In this document: positions 37,443 to 51,162 of the stretch, one piece after another
Layout: each line of letters starts with the position of its first letter
How positions within the stretch are numbered: the stretch's first letter is position 1
Assembly: GCF_947507565.1 (NCBI RefSeq)
Contig: NC_089179.1
Coordinates: 926,681-990,680, forward strand
From: Oscarella lobularis
Taxonomy: Eukaryota
Direction: 5' to 3'
DNA length: 64,000 nucleotides
The notes under the pieces: generated by a model
What the model was told of the DNA's origin: nothing
Database searches by the model: none
What the model saw: only the letters and a program-made list of their open reading frames with translations
Position numbers and translations under genes: made by a program

Positions 37443-38795
37443 GTGTACATGCACGGGAACAAAGGAGAGGAAGAACGGCAGCCGCTCGTTCTTTCGACGG
37501 AGAAAGAGCAGTCTAGCACTTGTCGAAAGAAGGCCCCCTTCAAAAGAAGACGACGTCTCGACGTCTGTCTAAGAATGATCGCGTCAGCGACGCTTGGTTT
37601 GGGAAGCGGGGTTTGTTTCGCATTCAGCTATCTTATTCGACCCGTACAAATGGCTTGTCCTGCATGGTCGTCTTCGTCTACCGTCTACGGGTTCTCTGGT
37701 GCGATGGCTGTATCGGCAATATTCGGCCTCTTTGTGCCCAGTCTAACGGCCAAGTTATCGGCACGAACTGTCGTTGTTGCTGTTACTTTGACTTTTGGTC
37801 TTTCGTTCGGCCTATCGGGACTCGGAACTCAGTTATGTCAGACAGCCGGATCACCTGTCATTACAGAAATTCTCTACGTCGTCGGATTGTCTACTGTTGG
37901 ATTACCGTCTTTCTGGGCGTTTCTCTTTAGTTTTCAGCTTCTGGTTGAAGTGATTCCGCGCAGAGTGGGACTGGCTGGGGGTACGTTCGCTACAGGTTAT
38001 ACCGCTGGCGCGCAAGTCTTCAGCCAATTGATACTGGCGCTCACTAAGATTGACGGCATGACGGCTGGATCTGTTCAATTTGTTATTGGAATTATCGTCG
38101 TTCTGCTGTGCACTTTATCCATATTTTTCGTTCCTGATAAGAAAGTAGAGAGCGGTGCTGAGAGCAAAAGCAGCGTGGAAGCGGCTCCTTTACAAAAGGC
38201 TATGCCATTGCCTTTACTTCTCCGACGTTGTTCATCTATTCTGACGTCTTTTTTTTTAACTATAGCATTGGCTCTATCCTGCGGCGTGGTAGCTCATCTT
38301 GCCTTGATTCTCGATGCACTTTGGAATACAGACACTCCTCCGAGAGCAGCATTGACCGGATTTGCATTCGCTTTTTATCTTGCCGGCAGATTGACTTGGA
38401 CGGTAGCGTCAGATTGCATTGGCATCAAAAGAATCTGTCTAATATCAGTGGCTCTGCAAGGCTGCACATTTGGATTTCTAGCTTGGCTCTCATGGAAGCC
38501 GCCAGTCGATGACTGGTCCGGATATTTGGGAGAAATTCTGATCTTCTTTTATTTGTTCATTTGTAGTGTCTGTAAATCAAACAGCTTGAGCATATTCTAC
38601 GTTATGCTGGGAAAGGAGAATGAAAAGAACGCTTTACGTTTGAGCAGCATTGCCGGAGGAATTGGATGCTTCGTCGGTCCCCTATTCATCGACGCCATGT
38701 ACAACGCATTCAAGAGCTACTTTCCATTCTACGTAACGTCAAGCTGCCTTTGTCTCGTTTCACTCATCTTTGTTTTCGCAAAGCCTTTGACCTAA
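37443..38795 (+). CDS. MFS-like 12-TM transporter, tandem copy 2 (intronless)
   Basis: Single 450-aa ORF collinear with copy 1 (..EEERQPLVLSTEKEQSSTCRKKA.., ..AGRLTWTVASDCIGIKR.., ..LIFVFAKPLT*). Duplication unit ~1.74 kb (about 35690-37430 and 37428-39130). Confidence 0.7.
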   Translation: MYMHGNKGEEERQPLVLSTEKEQSSTCRKKAPFKRRRRLDVCLRMIASATLGLGSGVCFAFSYLIRPVQMACPAWSSSSTVYGFSGAMAVSAIFGLFVPSLTAKLSARTVVVAVTLTFGLSFGLSGLGTQLCQTAGSPVITEILYVVGLSTVGLPSFWAFLFSFQLLVEVIPRRVGLAGGTFATGYTAGAQVFSQLILALTKIDGMTAGSVQFVIGIIVVLLCTLSIFFVPDKKVESGAESKSSVEAAPLQKAMPLPLLLRRCSSILTSFFLTIALALSCGVVAHLALILDALWNTDTPPRAALTGFAFAFYLAGRLTWTVASDCIGIKRICLISVALQGCTFGFLAWLSWKPPVDDWSGYLGEILIFFYLFICSVCKSNSLSIFYVMLGKENEKNALRLSSIAGGIGCFVGPLFIDAMYNAFKSYFPFYVTSSCLCLVSLIFVFAKPLT

Positions 38796-38985
38796 TTAAA
38801 GGCTCTTCACTCGGGGAAGAAAGAAGACTGCATAGCAATCGGTGAACTCTAGCTTTCAGGTAAGAGGGGTACAGCACTTCACTCGGATCCTTTTTAATTA
38901 AATCACACATTTCTAATTCTAAAAATGCAATCTATTAATAATCAAACCTGAATCTACTAAAAACCCCCATGGTACATAAATGCTT

Positions 38986-39786
38986 CTATCTAGTTTCAAT
39001 CTCTATGACAAATTCGCTCCACGTTATAATTTCTCTCGGTTTCAGTCGACCGATTTTCTCCCCATCGGCAAGCACTCGCTCGTCACTCATGAGAACGATG
39101 TCATCGACCGGCCTCAGGAGCTTCTCGGAAACCCGTTCTCGTATCTTCCGAACCAGATCCGAATCGCGGACGTCCAATTGAAATGTGTCTTCTCTGCTCG
39201 AATCGTCTGACAATTGGATTTGATCTGACGGAACTCGGACGTCGCAGACAATTCCCTGGTATCTTTTGGGCCATACGTAACCTTTCCCTTGAGGCCGATA
39301 GGGTAGGGTCTGTAAACCGTTGTCGTGGTGATCAAATCCGAGCCCCTTTCCGTAGACGTAGAAGAGTTTCTTGTTTCGGTCCTTTTTCGGTCCCTTGAAG
39401 ACGTAGTGTAGCTTGTAGTCGTCTTCCGGCTGCACGCGAGTGAAGTCGTTTAGTTTCGCGTGATAAAAGTAGCCGGTTTTGACGTTTGGATTGTGATTGC
39501 CCGGCTGCCGATAACGAATCGTGCCGTGTGAGAGATTGAGGAGAGCGGGCGAGTCGACGGCATTCTCGTCGACGCCAGGCGTCGAGACTCTGCGCGACGA
39601 CGAGGAGTCGGGCTTGTTTGCCGAAAGGGAAGTCGCTGTTCCCATAGAGAGAGATCTGGCATTGCGCCTGCGCGAGTGTACATTCTCTTCTCCCAGCGCC
39701 CCTACAGTTTGAAGCAAGTTACCGACCAGCTGGCAAGCGGCTTTGCAGAATGCGTCTACGGAACAGCTAGCAGACCTCGTGGCCAC
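38986..39786 (-). CDS. Hypothetical protein with predicted C-terminal ubiquitin-like (beta-grasp) region, intronless
   Basis: Single 266-aa ORF; ..KLFYVYGKGLGFDHHDNGLQTLPYRPQGKGYVWPKRYQG..; C-terminus TFQLDVRDSDLVRKIRERVSEKLLRPVDDIVLMSDERVLADGEKIGRLKPREIITWSEFVIEIE. The family assignment is tentative. Confidence 0.45.
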   Translation of the reverse strand: MATRSASCSVDAFCKAACQLVGNLLQTVGALGEENVHSRRRNARSLSMGTATSLSANKPDSSSSRRVSTPGVDENAVDSPALLNLSHGTIRYRQPGNHNPNVKTGYFYHAKLNDFTRVQPEDDYKLHYVFKGPKKDRNKKLFYVYGKGLGFDHHDNGLQTLPYRPQGKGYVWPKRYQGIVCDVRVPSDQIQLSDDSSREDTFQLDVRDSDLVRKIRERVSEKLLRPVDDIVLMSDERVLADGEKIGRLKPREIITWSEFVIEIETR

Positions 39787-40379
39787 CGTTTTGGCAAAAG
39801 GAGACCCCCGAAGGATGCTCGTACCATAGATATATGAGAGATCTATGCTCGTACGAAGAGATGTGTACGCGTAATGTGAGACTACGGTCAGACGCAGGCT
39901 CTCTTTCCCAAATAACCCCCGTCACGCGCTCGATTCTCCATACAACACGTCTAATCCTGGCCCCTGTTACTGGAAGCGTTCGTTGCAACGCACTGGCTTT
40001 TTCTCCAGCCGCTAAAGAAGCGGCGTCATTGCACGCCTCTTTTCAGGTAATTGACTCTTGGGGTGTTCATATTAGCGACAAATCTGCAGCTTGATGCGTG
40101 CTGATATAAATACAGGGTATTTATTTTGAAGACGATAATGCAATTTTTCCTATTCACGTTTTCTCCTATTCACGTGTTGGAAAATCGGCGACCTGTGGGT
40201 TTGTCTATTGAGGATGCGCCTTACGGAAATACATGAGAGGGTGCGTTCAGAAAGTACAAAACTATTGGTATTTTTTTATCACTAGCCAGCTTTGGGGATT
40301 GACTGAAAAGTGACGATGGAAAAATGGGAAGTCGGAAGAGACATTGACAGTAGATGTACTTTTTTCTTTTTGTTTGAGT

Positions 40380-40900
40380 TAGGTAGATAGACGCATGGGG
40401 TCCTAAGCATGACCCTGTTGACAAAAAACTGCTGTTCCGGGGTCCTGGGCAAGACCCCGTCACCAAAAACTGCCCGCACATGCACAGTAGAGGATCTGCG
40501 TTATTTTTTTATTTAATAAACCCGGAAATAACCCGGAAGTGGCAAAAAACAAAAACGAACGTCCTCCCGGTCTTTTTCTAAGAGGGGGCTTTCACCCAAG
40601 CCCCCGTCGGGGGGACAGCGACCCTCTGTCCCGGGGGTGCCTTTATATACCAAGGCACAGGTGGACCGCTATTGTAACCCACCGCGTCTTGCCCAAGTGG
40701 GGTGGCAGTTTATCACTCATGCCACTGGAGTAGGGGATTGAATCCCCTGCGCTTGCGCCGCGTTTAACCTCTCTGGCTCGAGTTGGGCCGGTTTATTTAG
40801 TCACCTCGGGGCCCGGAGGTGAATGGCGACATCGGAAAGCTCTTCATCTGCCTCGTCTGATTGTCCTTGGGTTTAGCCTAGGAAAGCAAAGCAGCTCCAA
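40380..40900. repeat. Composite repetitive element (MITE/SINE-like): 42-bp tandem palindromic repeats, a G/C hairpin, and a tRNA-like T-arm segment
   Basis: Two adjacent copies of ggggtcct..gaccc.gt..acaaaaaactgc; inverted repeat ggggggacagcgaccctctgtcccggggg; segment AGGGGATTGAATCCCCT resembling a tRNA T-stem-loop (GGTTCGAATCC); no ORF. Upstream direct repeat tcctattcacgt x2 at ~40150-40185. Confidence 0.35.
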
Positions 40901-41054
40901 TACTGTAATAGAGTAAGAGGGAGTTACCTTTGTTGGTATGTCCGTTCAATGGCGTTGATCGGGTAAAGGCCCCTCCCCTGGGTAACCGTGGGAACGCATG
41001 CGCTGCGCGAGTCATTCATTTACGTTACTCTATACGTTATTTCTTTTGCCCGTC

Positions 41055-43175
41055 ATGTTGGATCTGTCCGTCGCTCCCGAACGATCTCTAGGCAACGAAC
41101 AATGGGAAATCATTCTCGGTGCGTCTCGGGCACGAGAAGGGATGACGCCACATTTGGTCACACCTCGTCTTTGTTCTCAGGAATGACCGTCTGCCAGGCA
41201 ATTCAGACTCTCAAGGGGCACAGCCAGACAGTAAACGGCATCGAAATCCAATACTGCAAGGACGTGAGTCAAATGGGAGAGAAGTGGTCGAGGAAGAAAC
41301 CGTACCAACTTCAGTGGGCTCCTTTCTCCTCTGCTAGGATCCGCTGTCTTTTGACATGGTCATCGACCTCGTCGACAATGGCGTCAAGTTCATTTTCGAC
41401 AGCATAACACAACGACTAAAGGCGAGACAACTAGTTACGCACTCGCCAGAGAGGATATCCAATACCACTGTCGTCTATTTATAGCTCATCGTTGTTTATG
41501 ACCTGACAATAGTAAAACTTCGATACGGGTATATTAGGACGCAAAACGTGAACGAACCTTTTTCTTTTCACGATCGTCTTGCAGCGGAACGCACTTCAAC
41601 GTCCCAGAAAACATCCCGCCCACGTATCGAAAAATAGAGGAATCATTTGGTGCCACATTTCTAGGAGGTACGATATCAGATTCGATTGAAACAGAGCAAT
41701 CATATCTTTCCTCGTCGTTAGATTATGATCGAGGACGCCAACAGTTGATTTTGTCATATCGAGGAATATCGTTCTTATTTCCTGCGGATGATGATGATGA
41801 CTCTCAGGTGCCTTGTCATATTGCACTCACTCACTCACTCACTCACTTCGTTCTGATTTCTGTTCGTCAGGCGCAGATATCCGAGCAAAATCTCTCCCGT
41901 GTCGTATCCCGTCTCTATATTTACAGTGGAACGAATTGGAAGTTACCCAGGTGAGAAGACTCTGTGTAGAATAGCCACTATTTTTCTCATCGGGTCTTAG
42001 CTCACCTGAAATTCCTCTCTGTCGCTACAACAGTCACTGCTTTGCTGACAAGATTGAAGTGATGGCCTGCGATGGTCGACTGGAAGGACTGCGAGTTACT
42101 CTGCTCTCTGGCGTGCCAATAGGAAGTGGCATCGAGTTGACGAAAGGGGTTAGCGAGGTCGACGTTAAGTTCGGCTCCACGTGTCAGGAGGTTATGCGAA
42201 TGCTGGGATCTCCATCTAAAGTCTATTATAAAGATGATAAGAGAGTGAGTGCACTTTTGGAGAAGCGAATCCCGCGGTCACCGTGCCGTGTTCTTTCTTT
42301 TGAAGATGGCAAAGATTCACAGTCCTAGTCCTTGTAAGCTGAAGCGGTCTCAGCACTCTGACTACTTTTTTAACTACTTCACGCTGGGCGTGGTAATGAT
42401 TTTGGGGCCCAGTTTGCAAAGGATATGTGCGAGGATCCGTTCTATGTAGGATGTACTTTTTGATGCCGTTCGTCACACCGTTAAGAAATTCGTGCTACAT
42501 ACGAATTTTCCCGGACATTACGACTTTGAAATGTGAGGAGTTTAATTTTACTGCCCGCGGCCTTCTTACCTTCCTCTTCCAGTTATTATCGATGCAACTT
42601 CCTGATCAGGTTGAGGCCGATGTTTGACGGTAGGCACCAAATGCGCAGAAAAAGATACCTTGCAAATCCGTGTAGATACGACTGGATCACTTTACAGCGA
42701 CGAGCTGGAAGTTACTCCTTGCACAAAGGTAAGCAATCGCCGCGCCATTCAACTCTTCTTATACGTGTCGCCGTTTTAGTGGGACGATATCCAGAGGGCA
42801 ATGGCTGTTCCGGATATGCGGCCTGTCGTGCTGAACAGGAAAGGCGAACGATTAGATTAATTAGAGAACCCCTTTCTCTATCTTTTCCTGATCCTTTTTG
42901 ATTTGGTGCACCACGTGCACAATCAAAGAGGATGAACCAGAGAAAAGGTAGAGAAATCCCAATTTTTCCTGTCTATCCGAATTTACGTGCAGGCCTTCGT
43001 CAACGAACACGGTCAATCCCTTCGGCGCGACCTTTTGCTACAGCGTTCAAGATATTATATTCGAAGTGAGACATCCCCCTTTGCCGACCCTCTAATCTTT
43101 TTCAATTCCATCTTCACTGCACCAGGTGATGGCTAACCGGCACATAGCGTCGGTGACACTCCATCGGGCTGAATA
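41055..43175 (+). CDS. PHAF1: PHAF1 (phagosome assembly factor 1; UPF0183 / C16orf70 homologue), multi-exon
   Basis: [22 protein letters not shown] (human [22 protein letters not shown]); GMTVCQAIQTLKGH..IEIQYCKD followed by an intron; [155 protein letters not shown]. Confidence 0.8.
41826..41846. repeat. (CACT)n microsatellite in a PHAF1 intron
   Basis: cactcactcactcactcactc. Confidence 0.7.
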
Positions 43176-43788
43176 ACGAAGCTCTAATGTTTGACGGGAA
43201 TCTCTAATATAACGTAAACAGATTGACAGACGGTCTATTTTCTTCTAAGTATCATTGCACGATTTGTTTGCTGCCCAGCGTTGTACATCTTTCAGCGAGC
43301 ATTCTCTAGCACAGAGCGAAGTACGTTTTATTAGTGCTTCTGCCTCACTACGCTGTTCCGTAATAAATAGTTGTCAAGTGCACGTACCAACCTTCAGCTG
43401 ACGAATTCCGATCCCACACTTTGTTCTAAGTATTCTTTGTACAAAGCCTATCAAAGAGAAAAGTTTTCAACTGGGTTTCCGCGTCACATTTTCGTTTGCA
43501 GGCACCTTTTTTCGCTTGCCAATGTCTTCGACGTAATCGCGTATTTCCTCTAGAGACCGCTTGCTCCGTTTCGACAGCGTCGGACGCGTCCTACACGACA
43601 CGCAGTCCTAATAAACGCGCGCGAGAGCAGAAACAGAATGCACTGACTTGGAAACGCATCGTCCCAGCAGAAACAGAAGGACGCAGAGAGCTGCTTGACA
43701 GACAAGAAATCCAACCTGATACCTTTCAGGCACTAGTCCAAATAGCCCCTCGATAAAATTCTACGACATTCCCAAAGCGAGTCGCGAC

Positions 43789-45440
43789 TTAGAATGGATA
43801 CGCAACGTTGCTTACCTGTAGCTGTTCTGCTACCTCTTTGCCTTGCTCGTAGCCAAGCATCTCCACTATGCCCACGCCACTTGTAAGTAAACTGAGCAGT
43901 AGCATCAGAGGAAAGAAGAAGGCCAACGAATAGAACACTAAGCCTCGAAAGCGAGCCTTCCAGTTGAACGCCCGATCAGCTCTGTGCAACTCATCATAAT
44001 CATCAAAAAAACTCCATCAGCAAAACTCACTGATCTTTTTCTTTCTTCTTTTGAGCCAAACTGGCTATCGCCTGGCAATCTTTCTCTAGTGCGTTTAACG
44101 TCGTCTGTATCATCTGATCGATAGCCTTGGATATTTCCTTAGCAGTGTTTTCAAGTTGATTTTCGCATTTGGCTGTCTGGATAGGACTGGGAATGAGTTT
44201 CTCGCCCCGCGCACGTCCACCCCTCTCTCACACCTTTCCAGTGAGCGTCGGAATATAGATGGTCGGCATTTCAAACGCCGCCTTGTTTAAACCCGGCCTC
44301 TTGCACAATTCCTGAACAATTTGCATCATGACCCGCTAGAAAAAACAAGCAGCAACGCCGTTACCCATAAAAAACACATTCCAATGCCATCCTTCATACC
44401 TGCCTATCACTCTCTGTTCCAGCAGTGTCGGCTTTTGATAAATAAAAGCGAATCCTATCGGGATGTTTGCTATTGAGTTTTTCTATAACAAAGGATGCCG
44501 GCAATGACTTGTTTCTTGACCATAGGCTCACTGACCGACAATGTTTAGGGTCCTCTTACACAGAGCTTGGCCAATTGGATCGAAAAATACAAAGATCAAG
44601 TCGGCAACATCTCCTGTAGAAGACGACGATTTGCAAATGAAAATGCTCCAAAGAAAGAAAGATATTTATTACCTAGCCAAAGAATGGTATCGTCCACATT
44701 GAAAGCATAGATCATGTCTCCGTCGACCAATCCGGGAGTATCGACAAATGTGACCAGACTAAATTTATTCTCTTTCGACGTCGAAATTTCTGTCGTCAAA
44801 TATTCGACGACGCCTTCGCGCGAAAGAAAATCGAAATATTCAAAACGACAAAATTTCGAAATTACCTCGATGCTTTCGCAATTCGTCGAAATGAGGATAC
44901 AAATGCAGCGTCGCATTTCCCTGCGCATAGAAAAAAAAACTTTAGCCCCTCTGGTCACGCCTTCTTCTCTCCTTTTACTGTAAGCGACTCCCTCTTCTTG
45001 CCGCTCGTCACGAACGTAAATCCCTGCGTCTCCATCGCAACGCCCGTCTTCTGTACATGCTCGCCAACGTACCTAGAAAAAACAAACGCGTTCTACACCG
45101 GGTCCCCCCCGAAAGGGAGCGCGATCTCGCTCGACCAATTGATGAAGGAACTCTTTCCAGCCGAGTGATTTCCAATCAGTAGGACGTTAATCTTTTTTTT
45201 CGGAGCGAACAGGGTTAATCCGAGCTGCTGCGCGATGCCTATGAGCCCTGCACGCCAAAACAAAGAAGGCGTTCGAGCGTGGGTGAGTCAATGGGACATG
45301 CTCGCCTCGGTCTTCGTCGATGTAAAACGAGTGGCAGTCTCTGAGAATTCGTTCGTTGGTGCTCAACGTTACGTTCTCGGTCGAACTGGCCGCCGCCGTC
45401 GCAGAGCGCGTTCGTCTCGTCATAATGGGCCACACGTGAA
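43789..45440 (-). CDS. P-loop GTPase with EHD/sarcalumenin/dynamin-like G domain, coiled-coil and predicted C-terminal TM (family tentative)
   Basis: G1 INVLLIGNHSAGKSSFINW (EHD GQYSTGKTSFI; also IRG-like GKSSFIN). YVGEHVQKTGVAMETQGFTFVTSG. G3 NKFSLVTFVDTPGLVDGDMIYAFNVDDTILWLGNKY (EHD SISIIDTPGILSG..YDF.AVL.WFAERVD). Coiled-coil exon ..AKCENQLENTAKEISKAIDQMIQTTLNALEKDCQAIASLAQKKKEKDQ. Possible last exon with TM GLVFYSLAFFFPLMLLLSLL. Confidence 0.35.
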
Positions 45441-45551
45441 GAGGGCAGGGCGTGGAAGGATATCCGATAGAGCGCGCGATTACGTGACGTAATCGCGTCC
45501 ACCCCCTTTGTCATAGAGGCGCGTTCATTTTCCTCCTTGTCGATCATCGTC

Positions 45552-48018
<2,467 letters not shown>

Positions 48019-48125
48019 CGAGAAATCGCTGAATGAAAGATCTTCTAATAATATTGAAATTGAGTGCAATTTTAGACTTTTTGATTTTTTCATCAAGCAA
48101 GACTTTAAACTTACTTGGCTGTATT

Positions 48126-50190
48126 CTATTTAAAATACGATGCGAATGCAAGCTGACTCGGGCTAAATTTGTAGATATTGTGCATACTCGGCGAATATGC
48201 TTGCTTTTTTGATGGCAGTCCAGCAGCGGCCAGCGTAGTGAAACCTACGAAAGAAAATCGTACGCTGATGAAATGAGAGAGCTTCTGCTCTGACCAATGT
48301 GATTCGGTGAACGAAGTGTTTCGCTGGAATGATCTGCGTGGCAAATGAAACAAGTTATTTCGAAGTGCTTCACCGAGGAGATGATAGCTAGGATAGCCGA
48401 TATATCCCGGCAAAAGCGACGACGAAGTCAAGACCGAATCTAGACCTGCGGAAACAAAGATTCTATATGCAAACATCTCAAGTGACGTTGCGTACTTCTC
48501 TCCTCCTTTTCGTGGCTAGAGTGAGGCAAGAGAAATAGGTTGCAGTCGATTTCTTTTCCTGACAACTCGCTCGTTAGATCTTCTTTGGCAAATGTAAGGG
48601 TGCCACTGTTCAGCAAAGAGACGCCGGAGCACCATTTTAGCTTGCTTTGATCATTGTCTTCGTCGTCCTCTTCGGCCATTTGGCCGTAGATGAACTTGTG
48701 GAGACGCGTCAAGCCGGTTGGACGGAAGAGCTCCCGCCCGGCGTTATTGTACAGAAACACTAAGACAAGAGGAAATGAGCGGACCGTTGAGCGGATATCT
48801 AATCATACGTATATGTGGTGCCACTTTCTCTCCTGGCTCACTTCAGCAGAAAGTAGTACAAAAGCGAAGACTAGATGAACTGTGCAGTTACTCACTTTGT
48901 TGACTGACGAACTGACTGCGGCACGAAATTATCCGAGACGCAATTCATCATCTGCACTGCTCTCAGCAGACGAAACGTTGAGACGTCCATGTTATCGATG
49001 ACTACTATAACCACGTGGCAAACTGACATGAGAAAAGTAGCAAGTTGAAGAGACTAAAACAAAGAGAACAAGACTACAGCCTAGCATTAGTCGTACAGAG
49101 CGCAGTGCTGTACCTCTATTTGAATCTGATCTTCAGCTAGCATATCTGAAGGTAGCCATCTCTCCTTATAAAAGAAGTCTTTTAGAATAGAAGGGCTCAT
49201 TGTGGGCTGTCGCAACAGAAAAGAGACACTAAAGGAGACCTACGACAGCAAAGTAAACGATACCTCCGTATCCAACAAAATGACTCTTTCCGTAGTTACA
49301 AGCATGTCAATGCCGACAGTCTCGTGACAGGCCTTCGTCTATTTATTCCAACGCATTTTCCTTACGTGCATCTCCGTCAATATCGTGGCCTCACCTGCGC
49401 TTCATCAGACTGAACTCGAAAAAATCTACGAAACCAAACGTTGCAGCAGAGAGCACTTCTCTCGCACAACGGATTCAATCATACTTTGTACTACTCGTAG
49501 TTCGTGAACCAGCCAGCAATGACATGACGGTAGACTTTCCAACTCCTTGGTTCCCAAGAACGCCGACAACAAGAAAATCCGACTGCTCCAGGAGACACTG
49601 ATAAAAACAATCAACCCAACGAAATAAGCACGACATTTTTTTTCAATTCACCTCGCCTGCCCTGTCGTCCCAATGCAACGCATCGTTGACGAGTTTTGCC
49701 GGCTTGGCTTCGACCTGATGAGGCATTCTATGCCGACTTCCGCCTGGCGATCCCTTTCCTCCGCCGCTGCCGCCGCCGCCGCCGCCGCCCCCTCCGCCTC
49801 GATCCAAAGCAGACGGCAGAGCGAAACCAACCGTTCTGAAACCGCCGACGGAGAGAGACTGTCCCTTGACGGGAGACGACGAAAACGCACTACCGCCGCC
49901 GCCGCCGCCAGTGTGAGCTCGTCTCGGCGTGCGTTTATCGCCGCCACCTGCCCCATCGGCTCGCGGATTCTTCAACGGGCGAAATAGGCTCCCTTCGCTT
50001 CTCGTGTTGTACGATGCGAATCGTTTGGAGCCCCTCCACGATCCTCTTTCCGGCGGTGCGGCGTAGATTTCTCTCGGAACTCTGACTGAAGACGACGATG
50101 GCGGACTCGAGACGGCATTGTCCGAAGACGGGGGAACTTCGTCGTTTTCGGCTGTGAAAGCGAGTGGAGGTGACGGAAGAGTTGCCTCTT
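48126..50190 (-). CDS. SMG9: SMG9 (nonsense-mediated mRNA decay factor; SMG1-complex subunit with degenerate P-loop NTPase fold), multi-exon
   Basis: AKPAKLVNDALHWDDRAGEV (SMG9 PIKLVDDQMNWCDSA). LLEQSDFLVVGVLGNQGVGKSTVMSLLAG (SMG9 DFLVVGVLGLQGTGKS.VMSLLSA). GIDMLVTTERVILLDTE (GIDFFITQERIVFLDTQ). LYNNAGRELFRPTGLTRLHKFIYGQMAE (FLQNKARREDFCPRKLRQMHLMIDQL). C-terminus SLLPGYIGYPSYHLLGEALRNNLF..TESHWSEQKL (SLLPGYRGHPSFQSL..TEKNWFHYA). The Gly-rich low-complexity N-terminal region is encoded by GCC/GGC repeats at ~49750-49920. The 5' boundary is approximate. Confidence 0.8.
49745..49915. repeat. GCC/GGC trinucleotide microsatellites encoding poly-Gly runs in the SMG9 N-terminal exon
   Basis: ccgccgctgccgccgccgccgccgccccctccgcc and ccgccgccgccgccgcc; minus-strand translation [16 protein letters not shown]. 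Confidence 0.7.
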
Positions 50191-50320
50191 CGGATTTAGG
50201 CGATTCTGTCTTGTCTGGTCTAAATAGACTTGATTTAGTGGGCTATCATACTGAATATGCCAACTAAAGAGGCTTCTGTCGCTTCCCTATACAAATGCAT
50301 TTTGGAAACAAGCCCCCTTT

Positions 50321-51162
50321 CTATTGATGTGGCCCAGAACTGTTTATCTGCGCTCTAGCTACCTCGTTTTGATCATTATGCTTCCTGGAACCAAGGTAGG
50401 CCCGCTTTCCGCTTCGGTCGAGGTCGCACCGAAGCGTCGGGTCGCGCTTCCCGACGCGAGACGGACTCCTGCTCGTCCTCGACCTCTTCCGCCGTCGAAA
50501 CGATCCTAAACGACCATCCAAGGATCTCGACGATCAATTTTAGACGTCGGGCTAACCTTGGATCGTCCACGTCCTCTTCTTCCACCGCCTCTATGGAAGG
50601 AATCGCCCATCGCTTGAGGATTTACAACGCGACAATTCCCGGACGCGTCTTAACACTATTTCTTCAATAAAAAATAAAAGTGCTCTGTCTGTCGCCGCAC
50701 TACTAACAGTAGTAAATAGTTACGATCTAAAAGTAGTGACTGTCCCAATAAAAGATCTACAGTAGAACTCTGAAGCGCTCTCTATATCTTAGTACTGTTT
50801 TACAAAACTCCAAATCCAGTCCATGCCACGTCACCTTCTGAATCAGAAGAGCTTGAACCATCGTTATCCCAATCACCCGAAACCCAGGACGATCGTTGTT
50901 TCGACGGATTCTTGTGATGCCCGGCGTGCCAATGCTGTGGCAACGGAGGAAAACGTCCGTGCTGAATCTCGCCTAGAGTAACGGCTCTCGTGGAGCCATG
51001 CAACGCCGGCTTCGCTTCCTTTCGATGCTGGCGATGATGGTGATGATGATGACGGTGATGATGCTGGTGTTGATGTTGATGTTGATGCTGATGCTGATGT
51101 TGATGACGGTGGTCGTGGGTTGGACGATGAACGGGAGGGTATTTCGGGTGTACGTGATTCAT
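50321..51162 (-). CDS. Hypothetical His/Gln-repeat protein; may be the C-terminal tail of the upstream AGC-type kinase rather than a separate gene
   Basis: ORF ..HRPTHDHRHQHQHQHQHQHQHQHHHRHHHHHHRQHRK.. encoded by an imperfect (CAGCAT)n/(CATCAA)n repeat at ~50996-51130. C-terminus ..NDGSSSSDSEGDVAWTGFGVL. A further small ORF at 50376..50585 is acidic. No known domain. Confidence 0.3.

Noticed and set aside
40640-40740. Possible tRNA gene (GGGGATTGAATCCCC T-arm with flanking acceptor-like GCGCTTG)
   Set aside because: The upstream portion does not yield D- and anticodon arms of correct spacing; only ~63 nt separate the putative acceptor halves. It is better explained as a tRNA-derived SINE/MITE fragment inside the repeat block.
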